A stretch of DNA of 64,000 bases, from positions 54,748,001-54,812,000 of the forward strand of contig NC_058382.1 in the NCBI RefSeq assembly GCF_018350175.1, in the 5' to 3' direction. The translations under genes and the position numbers were made by a program. The stretch comes from Felis catus. Its lineage: Eukaryota. How positions within the stretch are numbered: the stretch's first letter is position 1; each line of letters opens with the position of its first letter. The notes under the pieces were generated by a model, which ran no database searches, was not told the origin of the DNA, and worked only from the letters and a program-made list of their open reading frames with translations. Shown here piece after piece: positions 48,098 through 61,480 of this stretch.

Positions 48098-50945
48098 TAA
48101 CAACTATCTTTAAGTAGAGAACTTGGATTCTTGGTCAACTTTCCCTAATATGCTTGTTCATTCACTAAACCTCCTGAGCATTTTTGTGCAGCACAGCTGT
48201 GTCCTGGGCACATAGGGCTCCAGGGCCCATGGAGCCCGTCAGAGGAGGCTGCTGCTACCGTGTGGATGGAGGGACCCCTGCTCTGCGGGTCTGAAGGTGC
48301 AGGAGGAGGGGGAGGATCTGATGGGAGCACGGTTGGGCTGGGGAGTAGGGCAGGGATAATGCGGGGGGCACAGAAAACGGCAGTGCTGTGGTCCAGGGAC
48401 AAGAACAGGCTGGCACCCGAGACTGGGGAGCAAAAGGACACCATCGTGCCAAGACGGTGAGTGGCGGGTAGAATGGCTCGAAACAAGATTCAGGGAGCGG
48501 GCAGGGCCCTGTCCTTCTGGGTTGGCGCTCGCCCTGCGCTCCAGTACGATTCAACTTCCCCTGTAGCGTTTCCCGGAGTTACCGAGTATGTCCTGAAGAG
48601 CTGACTGGGGAGGGGGTCGGGTGCAGGAGAGGGACCCCGTATAATCATCCCACGCAGTGTAGTCCACGTGAGAGTTGAGGTTTTATTTGAAGGGTTGTGG
48701 GCAGACGTTGAGGGGCTTTAGGAAGGAGAAGATGAAGTCTTATTTAGGAGGGTGCTGCAGTTGTGGGGACGGGAAATAAGGAGGCCCTGGGCTGGGGTTC
48801 ATCGGTGAGTCGGGATGACGTGTCTGGGTTGGAGGTGGCAGCAGTAGGACTTGTCGGTGAGAAAACGGAAAGGGCAAGGACTTACTGCCAGCGTTCAGTG
48901 AGGGGCAGTTTTAAAAGATTCCGTAAAGCGCAGAACCTGTTGTCAAAGTTTACAGCTCAGTTGTACACCGTTGTGTCCTTAGTTACAGGACGGAAGCTAT
49001 TTTAGCCGTACGAGTAGCTGTGCTCTGAATGTGCTCCCCTTTAAGAAGGTGCCTTGGTTGTTGTGTGTCCACGGGACCGGGAAGGGACTGGTGTTGCCGG
49101 CTGATGTGGGTAGCCCACCACGGCAGCGTCCTGGGCACCGGGCAGTGGCCGGTGTCCAGAATTCGGGAAGAAAGCAGCCCGTCGTCGCTCCCGGGATGTG
49201 GGAACCAAGGACGAGGGTGGCGGAGGAGATAGTAGGTTTTTTGAGCCTGGCTGCTTCAGCAAAGTGGGGAACGCGGCATTCTGTTTTGGTGTTGAATGTG
49301 GAATAACGGTGCTGAGTACACATCTCAATTACACTCTCCTGGGTCTTGGAAATTCTACAAGTGCCTCACAGATCTGTGCGTATGTGTGTCTCGGCTTGCA
49401 CGCGTTTCTTGTCTCTGCCTTTCTCGACCTCCTCTTCTCCGGCAGATACATTTGTATTCATCCTTCAGGGCCTGTTTCCAGTATCCCTTCCGTTGTAACG
49501 TTTTCCCGACTCTGCCAAATAATCACTCCCTCCTCCAGGCTCCCTTACTGTGTTGCATGTGCCTTCAGCGTTGTCTGTCTTTCATTCCCTGGGGAGAAAG
49601 AGAACAGACAGGTGGGCTGGGTACTTTCAAAGCCCTCGTCTTTATCTCTCGGGCCAGAGGCACTAAGTCCGTTACTGAAACCTCGTCCACGGGAGAGTTG
49701 AGTTGACTGCTGTCTGTGAGTACCGCCGAAGACGCAGAAGATGAGAGGTCAGGACGCTGGACACACTGCTTCTGGACAGGGTTCCACTTTTTGCTGTAAC
49801 ATTTTACTGAATAGCTGACTGTGTACTGGAGATGGGGGAGAGGGGCAGAATAAACTGTCCTGCAGCAGAGGTTACTACAAAAGAGTCTTTAATTTGCCCT
49901 GTTTGAGATGCGCAGTCGACCCAACAGGCCATTTCTGGTGCCAAGAAGCCTGGGAGAAGAAGGGACCAGATTCTTTCTTCCAGAGGAGCAGCTCCAGTGA
50001 GAGAGCTTTTGTTACGGCAGGACCAAAGAATTAATCGAGAAGCATTCATTCCCTTGACAACATTTTGGAAGGCACTTTCAGCTCTAAGTTGTTTCGAGAA
50101 GTCTGTAACAGTGAATTGTAAATTACAGAGGCGCCTGAAGCGAGAGGGCAGCTCCAAGCTGCTGGAGAGAGTGCAGCCCAGCCTTTCTTAAAGGGACCGT
50201 GTTGGAGGCTGTGTTTTTGGTTTTGTTTTTCCCGACCGCCACCATCTCCTTTTTTAAAAAGAAAAAAACCAAAAAAACAGAAACAAAAAAAACCTCCATT
50301 TCCTAGCCTTCACTTAATGCTTTGGTTTGAACTGCCTTAAAAGGATGAATACAGAGACAATAGTCAATGCATATCAATTCTTACTTTTCCTTTGAACGTT
50401 TTCAGTTCTAGCTCCTCTGCCTTTGAAATGGCATACAGCGTCCTTCTAACTCTGCGCGTTGGGAAAGAGAACGGAAGGTGGGTAGACACTTGGAAGGGAA
50501 GGTCCGTTTGTACCCCGCGGCAGAAGAGACCCAGAGGAGCCAGTTCTCGGTCAGCGCTGTGAGAAGCGCCCCCAAGTGACAGGGCTGGCGCTGGACGTGA
50601 CCACGGTGCGTGGGGTCCTCACGGGCACAGAAGGCGCCTCTCTCAAATAGCCTCTGAAAATGCATCCCGGGTAGAAAATCTGGAACTGTCTGACAGGTCG
50701 CGGCATGAATGTCTTTGTTTTATTCGCGTTTCCGAAAGGTCAGGGTGTGACCAGGACAAGGGCTCCGACTTGTTTCATTCTAGAGGAATTTTTTGCTTCA
50801 CAAGTTGCTGCATCATGATCCTGCCTTTGAACTCGTCTTAAAATTTTAACGTGCGTTTTCAAACCTTGTCTTCTAAGAGGTGACTTTTATTGACTGCTTT
50901 ACTTGTAAAATTACAAGAACCAGATTTAAATTTTAAGAATCTTTT

Positions 50946-50951
<6 letters not shown>

Positions 50952-50996
<45 letters not shown>
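50952..50996. repeat. (CA)22 microsatellite
   Basis: Read directly from the sequence. Confidence 0.98.
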
Positions 50997-50997
<1 letters not shown>

Positions 50998-51591
50998 CAT
51001 GGAAAATCACATGAGAATTACTGTGTCACCCTGAATTCTGGTTGTGAACAGGGTAGTTAATTGTTGTAGTCGTAAGCCAAGTGGACCTATCACTTACGGT
51101 TCATCTTTCCCTGGAAGTCATTTTATAGCCCTCCTGTCTCACAGCTCAGTATAACGCCCGCCCGTAATCATCCTTGTAAATGGCCAGCTGTTACTACATC
51201 ATACTGCTGTGTGATGCAATTTGCTTCATCATTCCCCTTTGACATTTTAATTCCCAGTTCTTTTTTCTTCTGAATAGTGACTCTATAAACAAATTAGAAA
51301 AAAAAAAAAAAGCTTTGGTGTTCTTTCTTCTTTGTACTTTTTGTAGGTGCATATAAACCCACTTTGGGGGCTGTGACCTCAGGATATCTGTTTCTGAAGA
51401 TAGAAACCACCCAGGAAGATTGGATTATCACGTAAAGGCCCTGGCGTATCTGATGGGTTTTTTTCCCCCTCAGGTCCATCACGATGGCCTTGTCCCTTTC
51501 GCAAGAGTTTTCTCAAAGTTACTGCTATTTTGCATATCTGTTAGACTGGGGTTTCAACTGTTGTGTGCTTACTCCTGTAAAAAAATATTTA

Positions 51592-52230
51592 GGGGCGCCT
51601 GGGTGGCTCAGTTGGTTAAGCATCCGACTCTCAGTTTTGGCTCAGGTCATTGTCTTGCGGTTTGGTGAGTTCGAGCCCCACGCTGGGCTCTGCAGAGCCT
51701 GCTTGTGATTCTCTCTCTCTCCCTTCCTCTCCCTCTTTCCCTCCCTCTCCCTCTCCCTTTTTACCCCTCCCCCACTCACACTATCTCTGTTTCTCTCAAA
51801 ATAAATAGATAAACTTAGTAAAAAACAATTTTTAAAAAAATATTTAGAGCAGGGGTTGGTAAAGTTTTTCTGTAAAGAATCAGAAACTTTTTAGGGGGCG
51901 CCTGGGTGACTCAGTCAGCTGAGCGGCTGACTTTGGCTCGTGTCATGATCTCGCGGTTTGTGAGTTTGAGTCCTGCATCGGACACCCTGCTGTCAGCACA
52001 GAGCCCACTTCGGATCCTCTGTCTCCCTCTCTCTCTGCCCCTTCCCTACTCATGCTCTCTCAAAAATAAAGATTTTTTTAAAAAAGAGGTATTTCAGGCT
52101 TTTCGGGCCACCTCTGTCACATATTCTTCTTTGTTTTTGTTTTAACAACCTTTGAAAAATATTAAAACCACTTGTAACTCAAAGGGCGTACAGAAACAGG
52201 CTGTAGGTTGTAGTTTTTGTTGACCATTGA
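51592..52230 (+). mobile_element. CanSINE (51592-51840), then a MER58-like hAT MITE (about 51850-52230) interrupted by a CanSINE (51894-52085)
   Basis: CAGGGGTTGGTAAAGTTTTTCTGTAAAG start and caggctgtaggttgtagttt..tgacc end are MER58-like. Two SINE heads are present. Confidence 0.78.
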
Positions 52231-52687
52231 TCGTAGAGTATTCAATTTTTTAGACTTTGGACGTGGAAACCCTAACTCTGATGATCATCTCTAAAGCTGT
52301 TTAGATGAGGTTATGATGATTTGCAAGCCAGCCTCACACTGAGCAGAGATGCACAGTCCAGGCTGATTCTCCCTGGCCCGCTGTCCCGTCTTCTCTTTCT
52401 TCCAGGAGATTGTTGTGTTGCATAGCTCTTCCTTCTGCAGTTCGTATTTTTTCCCTTCTCTTCTGGCTCCTCTGCCCCAGCACAGAGACGTGCTCACGTC
52501 ACCGCCTCTACTGACACACAGGAGACGTGCAAATGTCCTGTGGATGCGTCTCTGCATCCTCTGCTACAACCACCTGGTCCTTCAAACAAGAGTCTCTCTT
52601 TATCTTGTCCGTGGTCTCCTCTCCTCTTTTTCCTTCCCTCTGTTCCTATCTTACCACTCCATAAAACTGTTCTTTTAAAATTGCTAA

Positions 52688-52900
52688 GGGGTACCTGTGT
52701 GGCTCAGTTGGTTAAGCGTCCAACTTCCTCTCAGGTCATGATCTCACGGGTCGTGGGTTCAAGCCCCACCTTGGGCTCTGCCCTAACAGCTCAGAGTCTG
52801 GAGCCTGCTTCAGATTCTGTGTCTCCTTCTCTTTGTCCCTCCCCCACTCATTTTCTCTCTCTCTCTCTCAAAAATAAATAAACGTAAACAAATTAAAACA
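52688..52900 (+). mobile_element. CanSINE within an L2-like remnant
   Basis: SINE body with AATTGCTAA on both flanks. Confidence 0.88.
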
Positions 52901-53549
52901 AATAGAATTGCTAAAATAGAATTGCCAAATCTAGCGAAAACCTGGAAGTGTGTATCTGACTTGACCTGTCTGCTGTATGTATCACTCGTGGCCATTCTCT
53001 TGACACCTGGTCTCTCCAGGCTTCTGTGATGCCTCTTGTCCCTTTTCACCTGCAGTCGGCTTTGCTGGCTCCCCTCCCCGTCTGCCCCTATACGTGATAA
53101 GGTGATGCGGCCCAGGTTTCTGTCCGCCCGTCTGCCCTCTCACGACATCATCTACTCCAGAGACGTCGCCTGCTCCTTGGCCTCTCTCCTGAGCACCAGG
53201 CCTTGACGGCCTGCTGCAGGGCCACCCTGCCCCCCAACCCTGGCAGGCTAGCTCCCCTCCCCCAGGTGGGTGGTCCTCCCTTCACTGGGAGAAACTGCGG
53301 GTCCTTGGGGATGCACCTCCCTCTCCCTCTGCACCTAGTGATGCCATGGCCCATCATTTTAACCTCTCAGATCTCTGCAGCCTGCCTCGCCTTCACCATC
53401 ACTGCTGCTCATGTTCCAGCTGTTACTAATTCCGAATGGTGACAGAACTGGTCTGTCTGCCTCTGTGCTCGGTCCCCATCAATCTTCCACACTGCTGCTA
53501 CCACAGTGATGCTTCTAGAATGTAATTAATTACATAATACTTAAAACCA

Positions 53550-54026
53550 ATGTCTTCTGAGACGTGGTTGATTCAGGTACTGGAGCAGGAAAAATACTCC
53601 GTGAGCCTAGAGTATTTCTGCCAGAAAATAAGGAGGTGCTCTAAAGACCATAGAGCCAACGTGAAAGAACTCTGAGTGGCCAAAGCTGTGGCATTTTGAG
53701 CAAGGAAATGAATACCAGTAACACTGGAATAAAAGCCACAGAAAAGAAGAAACATCCATGTATGTAGGCATGAGTGAATGAATGAGTGGATAAGTAAATA
53801 AGTGGGGAGAGGAAATAGCTCTTACAGAAGAATTTACATTAATAAATGTGGGCAGAATAAGAGAATTGAAAACCATGGGGCACTTGGGTGGCTCAGTCGG
53901 TTAAGCGTCTGACTTCTGCTCAGGTCATCATCTCACGGTTTGAGCCCCACATCACGCTCTGTGCTGACAGCTCAGAGCCTGGAGCCTGCTTTGGATTCTG
54001 TCTCTCTCTCTCTGCCCCTCCCCCCC

Positions 54027-54075
<49 letters not shown>

Positions 54076-54730
54076 AAAATAAATAAACATTAAACATGTA
54101 AAAAAAAATAGAAAATCATCATTTAAACACCATACTAATAATTGTTACAGGCAAGATCCACCAGTAGATACTAAAATTAGTGGGCAAGAGTTTGAGGAGA
54201 AAAGGATATTCGTATGTTCTCAATTATCCCTCTATTAGTTGGAATAATGACAAAGGGATAAATAGAGACTTTAACTTGAAACCCAGTAGACACCATCTTG
54301 GGCGAGTGGCCAAGGTTAATATCATACAGATCGACATCCTTATACGATGCACAGAAGGACATCACATCACATCACATCTGTAGGGTTCCTGTGCAAAACA
54401 CATAGCCTCAATCTAATCATAAATTAAACCCAAGTCGAGGGACATTGTGCAAAATAATTAACAAGTAGTCACCAAAGAGGGCCTTGAAAGATGGACTGGT
54501 ACAGTTTGGAGACACAATCGTAAACTGACGTTTGGAACCCTAGATTGCACCCAGAGAGAGGACATTACAGGGAAAACTGGTGAAATCCGAATAGAGTCCA
54601 TAGTTTATGTAACAGTATTGTACCAATCTTTAGTTCTTAGTGTTGATAATTGTAGTAAGATTATTGAAACTATTAATATTAACAGAAGCTAGATGAAGGG
54701 TATACAGGAACTCTATGATTAACTTTTATA
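53550..54730 (+). mobile_element. Old L1 (L1MC/MD-like) 3'UTR with nested CanSINE (53877-54110)
   Basis: gctcttacagaagaatt, caagatccaccagtagatactaaaattagtggg, ggaaaactggtgaaatccgaata and gggtatacaggaactct...aagtctaaaattatt motifs. Confidence 0.7.
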
Positions 54731-54744
54731 TAAGTCTAAAATTA

Positions 54745-55178
54745 TTTTTTTTATTTTTTTATTTTTTCATTGTTTATTTATTTCTGAGACAGAGAGAGAC
54801 AGAGCATGAGTGGGGGAGGGACCGAGAGAGAGGGAGACACAGAATCAGAAGTAGGCTCCAGTCTCTGAGCTGTCAGCACAGAGCCCAATGCGGGGCTCGA
54901 ACTCACAAACCGGGAGATCATGACCTGAGCCGAAGTTGGTCACTCAACCAACTGAGCCCCCCAGGCACCCCAAGTCTAAAATTATTTTAAAATCAAAAGA
55001 TTTGGGGCCCCTGGGTGGCTCAGTTGGTTGAGCATCCAACTCTTGGTTTCGGCTCAGGTCATGATCCCAGGCTCGTGAAATCAAGTCCCACGTCGGGCTC
55101 CTCACTGAGCGTGGAGCCTGCTTGGGATTCTCTCTCTCTCTGCTCCTCCCCACCATCAAAATAAACAAACATTAAAAA
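54745..55178. mobile_element. Head-to-head CanSINE pair: - 54745-54970, + 55003-55178
   Basis: The first copy has TSD AAGTCTAAAATTATTTT. The heads are about 30 bp apart. Confidence 0.9.
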
Positions 55179-55274
55179 TGTACATCTAAAAGTGCTTTTA
55201 ATAAAAATTAATAAAAGGTTTACAAAAACCTGAAAACTCACGTGCAGCTCCATTTCCCTCGAGGTGAAGTCCAC

Positions 55275-55276
<2 letters not shown>

Positions 55277-55323
<47 letters not shown>
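55277..55323. repeat. (TG)23 microsatellite
   Basis: Read directly from the sequence. Confidence 0.98.
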
Positions 55324-55325
<2 letters not shown>

Positions 55326-58300
55326 AGGTCCTCCAGGAGCTGGCTTGCTCCACCCATGCTGTGTTTCTCTTGCTCCGGCCTTGTTGAACTACTTGCACCT
55401 GTCGTTCCTTGAATGTACAATGCATACGTCATCGCGTTTCGCGGCCCCCCTTCTCAGTGTAAAACACCCAGCTGAGGCCCGGTGCAGGTGTCACCTCCGT
55501 GAAGCCTTTTCTGACCCCTCTCCCCAGAGAGCTGACTTTTTGCCTCCCTTGTACTTAGCATGGCACCTGCTCCACGGTATTTACAATGTAGTATTGCAGC
55601 GTCCCCTTGGTCTCCTCCTGCGTCACTCCTGTGACAGTTCCTCAGTCTTCCCTCAGCTTTCTTGGCCTTGGCACTTTGGGTGGGTGCTCTTCAGTTATTT
55701 GGTAGACTGTCCCTCCCCTTAGGTTTGTTTGATTTCTTACAGTTAGATTCAGGGCATTGCATTTGTGACAGGAGTACCACAGGAGTGATGTGGCGTCCTT
55801 CTCCGTGCACCCAGTGAGGGCCCCCTAACGTTGGTTTGTCCTAACATTGCTAATGTTGGTTTGGTCACGTGGTTAAAGATGGCATCCCCTGGTTTAATGC
55901 ACTGTTTCTGTGTAATTAATAAATCAGTTAGGGGGCGATACTTTGAGATCATGGAAGTATCCCATGCCTCACCAACGTTCACTCGCTCACTTTCGTGTCC
56001 ACTTGTGCCTTGTAACTTAGTCACTCCTTCTGTTATTTATTAGTTAGACTCCTGACTTCCTGGCTTACGCAGCTGTGTAGAGAATAGCCCCACATCCTAA
56101 GGTGGGGTCAACCTGGGGAAGAACAGCCGTCCGGCAGGCTGGAAAGAGATTTATTGGGGGGTATAATGCTAGAGGCTTCACACTCCTAGAAATAACCGTA
56201 ACGTTTCACTTTACTGACTGAAGCCCGTGGTTAGAGGTAATGGTTTGTGAGTTCCTTGAGATTGGGGCCCACCCCCTAGCTGAGGTCTGATTTCTGAATC
56301 CACACCTTATAGCAAAGTCGCTGGTGTCGCACTACAGTTTTTACTGGGTTGGTCACACTTCGTGTCTCTCCCGCCAAGGGTCGTCGTGCCTGTGCAGGTG
56401 TAAGTGATGTCACTCGTAGCTGTGCTTGTGCACAGTCCCTGTGATGGCCCCACCCGACCCTGGCACCTAAGCGCACACACCGTCCTGCTGCTGAAGGTGG
56501 TTCCCGCTTTGTGTGTTCTCGTTTCCAAAAGCATTATCTTCCTTCAGATTCGTTTTTCCTTTGTTCAGATCACATGACTCAAAGGCATACACTTTCTGTG
56601 CTCGTATCTCTTCCAGATATTGATGTAATTGGTTCCTCAGAGCAGATCTAAATAGGAACACTGTATTTCATCTGCAGAGCGGATGATGCGCTATCAGACA
56701 GAAAACAGAAGACGTGTTTGTGACCCCTTGTGTGCAGCGAGGGAGGGGCAGGGAGGTGGTCAGGGATGGAGAGCACTGTGGCCAGGACCTCTCCGGACTC
56801 GTTCCTGCGTCTTCTGTAGTGAAGTGGTTCTGTTCCGGCTTCCGTACTACAGGCCTGGTTGGGAGGGTGATGCCTGAACAGCAAACCCTTCGTTTTCCGG
56901 AAACCTTTCCCAATCTTTGCATTTTTCCGTGCAGCGCACCGGGGGTGGTGAGCAGAGTGAGGTGAGGGAGCGTCCAGTTAGTTGGGTCCATTCGCAGGCC
57001 ACAGACCTCCCGTACGGCCACCTCAGAGTCCAGCATACACGGGCTGGAGCACACAGGCAGGTGGTGGCACTGTGGGCATTCGGGTCGCTCTGCCGTAGCG
57101 GAACACGGGCTTCTGGAATTGCCGACTACAGCACACGTCTGTAGGATGCTCCCCTCAGCGTGGCCGAGCCAGCGGGATGCTGTGCGGAAAAGCTCACAAC
57201 CGTTCGGCCGGTCAGTAATGCTGTGTCTACGCGGGCTGCCCCTGCGCTGCTGTTACTTTAAGCTCATACATACTTGTCAGTTGCCCGTTCAGAACCAGCC
57301 ACTTCATGAGGTGAGGGGGTAGAGCGGTCAACAAGACAGGGTCACTGATGCGGTTTATGAGACGATGATAAAGTCTCTGCAGAAAAATAAAGCAGGGAAG
57401 GGAGGAGTGGTGTCATTTTCGACAGTGTGGTACCTGGGCTACTCTTTGGAGCAGAGACCTGGAGTGAGTGAGGTCCGAAACCATGTGACTGGGGAGTCGG
57501 GGGGCGGAGGGAACATTCCAGGCAGCAGGGGATGTGTCACAGTCAGCTGAGGAACTCTTTAAATGTACAGTCTTGGACCTGACTCAGTTGGTCTGGGATG
57601 GGACCCAGGGATCTGGTTTTCTCTAAGAGCTTGCCAGAAAATTCTGGGAAGCCAGGTTCAGGAGCTCCTCTGAAACCCATTCAAATTATGAGTCATTGCA
57701 GGATCTGTGTGAGGAGGGAGGCGTTGGGTGGTAAGCAAGTGAACACTGTAATCCGTCTAGGTAAAAAGAGCTGGAGGCGAAGAGAAGGGAGTGGAGGGAG
57801 ATTCATGGAAATAGTGAAGGGGAAGAAACAGTTCAGAGCCTCCAAGAGCGTGCGCCCCACTGCTGTCCCGCTATCCTAAGGGAGGAGCGCGGCCGGGCCC
57901 CGTTCTCCTCCCTTTCCCACCTCCCACTTGTGATCTGTGCCCTAGCCGTGCAGGGTTAGGCTGGGGGCGCTTCCCGGCCGGGTCCTGTGGCATCGCGCCC
58001 GCCCCTGCTTCCCCTGCCCGCTGCTCCCTGACTTAGGCCCTGTGGGAGGAGCGCTGAGTGACTGGTGACTGGCTCGTTAGCCTGCACCGGTGCCGGTGCC
58101 GTGGGAGGGCGCTCACCTAGAGGCCCGGGGCACCTGCTTCCTCTCCCACCGTGGGGGGGCCTGGGGGCTTCGTTGGGCCGCCCACCGGGACCCTTGCTCC
58201 TGTCTCAGGTACCCACGTAGATGCTTTTCTTTCACGGAGACGGTGTTCTTGGGTGGCAGGGCGCTGAGAAAGACGGGTTCCTGCCTTCCCACCCGTAGGA

Positions 58301-58409
58301 AAGCAGGCCATAAAAGGCCTTGTCATGAGAGGATGCCATCTGTTGATGGAAATCTGACCTGCAAATTAGTACTTCATTAAGTTGAATGGGGACTAAAACA
58401 ATACATTTT

Positions 58410-58715
58410 TAAAACAGACTTGATTTTTTTTTAGAGCAGTAAGGTTCACGGCCAAATTGAAAGGAAGGTACAGATGTGTCCCACGTACCCCCGTTTCCCC
58501 CAGCGTGCACAACCTCTCCCATGGTCAGTGCCCCCACCAGAGTGGTACGTCTGTTACAGTTGATGGGTCTGCCCTGACCTATCGCTGTCACCCAGAGCCA
58601 TGGCTTGTGTTAGTGGTCACTTTGGGTGGTGTACATTTTGGGGGTTCAGGCAGATGTACGATGACAGCGATCCGTCATTATTGCCTCATACGGAAGAGTT
58701 TCACTGCCCTAAACA
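58410..58715 (-). mobile_element. Old L1 3'UTR fragment
   Basis: ttttagagcagt..aggttcac..caaattga..ggaaggtacaga; ccccaccagagtggtac..tgttaca.ttgatg; gtttcactgccctaaa. Confidence 0.75.
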
Positions 58716-60204
58716 TCCATTTTGCATGTGGTTTTTAGGAGCTCATGAAGATCAAAAAGGAGGGGGGAGCATATATAAAACAGGTTCCCCCCAGGAACGT
58801 AAATTCTTAGTTGGGCATGGAAGTGGGGAGCCTAAGCCCCTCTGCACGTATCTCAAAGAGCCTGATACTGATAGCGGTCCAATTTGAGGTGACGTGAATC
58901 ACTTAAAACTCTGTGAGTAATGCCCGTGAATCACCCCAGAATTTCTGTAAATCTTGACTTAAACATTACATTCTCTTGCATTCTATTTGAGTACATTTCC
59001 TTGCTTTCAGACTTATTCTCTGTCCCTGTTACATCAGATCCCATTCAGTGATGTCTAAAGTGGTTCTTGGAAGAAGGAGGACCAGGCCCGGTTACCTGGG
59101 CATTTAGACACCTTGAACTTTCTCAGCACTTGGCAGCCAGTGGGAATAGAATTATTACAGCAGCTTCTTAGCTAGTAGCCAACAACTTTTTTTCTTACAA
59201 AATCACTCTTCAGTGTTGCCAAGAAAAAAACAAACAAAAAAAAAAAAAACAAAAATTGATTTTGTTTCACACCTGTTCAACTTCAATAGGATGGAAAATA
59301 AATGTTCACCCAGAGGAAAAATAAACTTGCACGGCACAACCCACAGAAGGCGTGTCATAAATCGTACCTCACCGGTTGGCTTGTGGGACTCCACAGGACG
59401 CCTCCAGAGCTGAGTCTCTGCGCTAACTTGATGGCCTGTTTCAGCAGCTTTGTCCAGAAACGTATGGGGGCTGGAGAGCTCCCAGATCACCTTATCTAAC
59501 CTCTTCTTTTTACAAATGAGAAAACAGGGGCAGAGAGGGGAAATGTCTTGCCCTAGAAACAAAACTGGGGAAGAATGTGACGAGCGTGGATATTTATATC
59601 TGAACACCTGAGGCCCAATTTTATACTACTCTCAATTATTTCTACTTTTTTCAGAGTGTGATGAAATTCTCCAAAGTGATATGTTAAGGCTACCGCATTT
59701 TCCAGGAGAGAGTTTATAAATCGACATCACATCACAATAAAACCCAAGGGTATTGTGACTTCCAGTAAATTTACATCTGACCCCATAGCTTCCTAGAGCA
59801 CAGATGAAGGACAGAGAAAAGAACAGTTGATTTGCCACCTTTTTTTTTTTTTTTTTTTTTGATGGGCTTTCAGAACAAAACTCAGTTATTAACGCATTGG
59901 GTTAGTTTTTTTTTTTTTTTTAAGTCATTAACACATTGAGTTCAGTTCACTGACTTCTCAGTTGTCTGTGGCAGAAGAGAGAGAAGTGGTGTGTACAAGA
60001 CAAGAAAATTCTAGATAAAAAAGGGAAAGCTATGGAGAAAATGTGTTGGTCTGGAGAGTGAGAAGGATAGTTAATTGGTGGGTCTTGTATAAATTAAGGT
60101 ATTTACTGAAGGAAATAGATGTCAGACAGAATGGAGCAAAAACTAACAGGATTAAGAGACTTAGTTGGGGAGTCAGAAAAAAATGAAGACAAAAAAGGGG
60201 GAGA

Positions 60205-60417
60205 GGGGCCCCTGGGTGGCTCAGTCAGTTAAGCGTCTGACTCTTGGTTTCGGTTCCTGTCGTGATCTCACAGTTTCGTGGGTTTGAGCCCCCATCCGGC
60301 TCCACGCTGACAGCAAAGCCTGCTTGGGATTCTCTCTCTCCCTCTCTCTCTCTCTGCCCCTCCTCCACCTACACTGTCTCTGTCTCTCTCAAAATAAATA
60401 AATAAATTTTTTAAAAA
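60205..60417 (+). mobile_element. CanSINE
   Basis: SINE head, CT tract and AATAAA tail. Confidence 0.9.
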
Positions 60418-60789
60418 GGGAGAATGAGACACGTTTGAGGTTACTAAGTTGGAAAGGGATGGCAGCTCTCCAAGAAATGAGAGAAGAACAGAATGATGGT
60501 AGGCTCTGAAGCAAGACTATTTCAAAATAGATTTGAGTGACTCTTACCAGCTAGGACTGGAAGGGACTCAAGAGCAGCCTTCACTGTGTTCTTGATGGAT
60601 GGGTGGCCACCCAGCCTACTAGGACATCACCTGCACACCGGTGATGGGCTGTGAACGGTCACCTGCCATAATGCAGGTGCACACATGGAGGTCAAGAGTT
60701 TAGAAACCTGTCACAGTTTGACAGAGTAATTGTATGTCTTTTGAATCTGATAAGATCACTGGAGTCTGCATTTTATTATGTGTCTTTTT

Positions 60790-61255
60790 ATTTCATTTTT
60801 TTTAATAATTCATTTTTTCGTTGAGGTATAAGTGATATTATGTTAGCTTCTGGTGTACAACATAATGATTTGATACTTGTATACATTGTAAAATGGTAGT
60901 CACAGTAAGTCTAGTTAACAGCTGTCACCTTACATAATTCCAATTTTTTTTTCTTGTGATGAGAATTTTTAAGGTGGTCTCTCTTAGCAACTTTCAGATA
61001 TGCTGTACAATGAACTGTAGTCGCCATGTGGTACATCATATCCCCATTATATTTCTTTTTCATGTTTGTTTATTTAATGTTTACTTTTAAGAGAGAGAGA
61101 GAGCACAAACAGGGAAAGGGCAGAGGGAGACAGGATCTGAGGTAGGCCCTGAGCTGTCAGCACAGAGCCCGATGCGGGGCTCAAACTCACGAACCGCGAG
61201 ATCATGACTTGAGCCGAAGTTGGACCCTTAACCGATTGAGCAACCCCGGTGCCCC
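60790..61255 (-). mobile_element. L1 (L1MA-like) 3' end (about 60790-61050) and CanSINE (about 61055-61255)
   Basis: ggtgtacaacataatgatttgata...cacagtaagtctagttaaca...tgtgatgagaatttttaag...tcttagcaactttca, plus a reverse SINE. Confidence 0.82.
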
Positions 61256-61329
61256 TCCTCATTATATACATATTTCACAAGATATTCATCTGGGATGTAG
61301 CAAACCCACCATGGGGAATTTGAGAAGCA

Positions 61330-61480
61330 TCAGTTGGCCACTCACAGGGGTCTGGAGACCAGCAGCATCCACTCCGCCTGAGACCTTGTTACAAATGCAG
61401 AAACTCAGGCCCCGCACAGACGTTCTGAATCAAGACCCCTGGATGGCTCTTACAAACGCTGAAGTTTGAGGAGCCCCGTG
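61330..61480. mobile_element. MER5A-like hAT MITE
   Basis: ccagcagcatc...ttgttacaaatgcagaaactcaggcccc...ctgaatca...aagtttgagga. Confidence 0.7.

Noticed and set aside
59051..59110. TGTCTAAA...TTTAGACA inverted repeat as a possible pre-miRNA or snoRNA
   Set aside because: The stem is only 8 bp with poor internal pairing and no proper C/D or H/ACA boxes, which is expected by chance.
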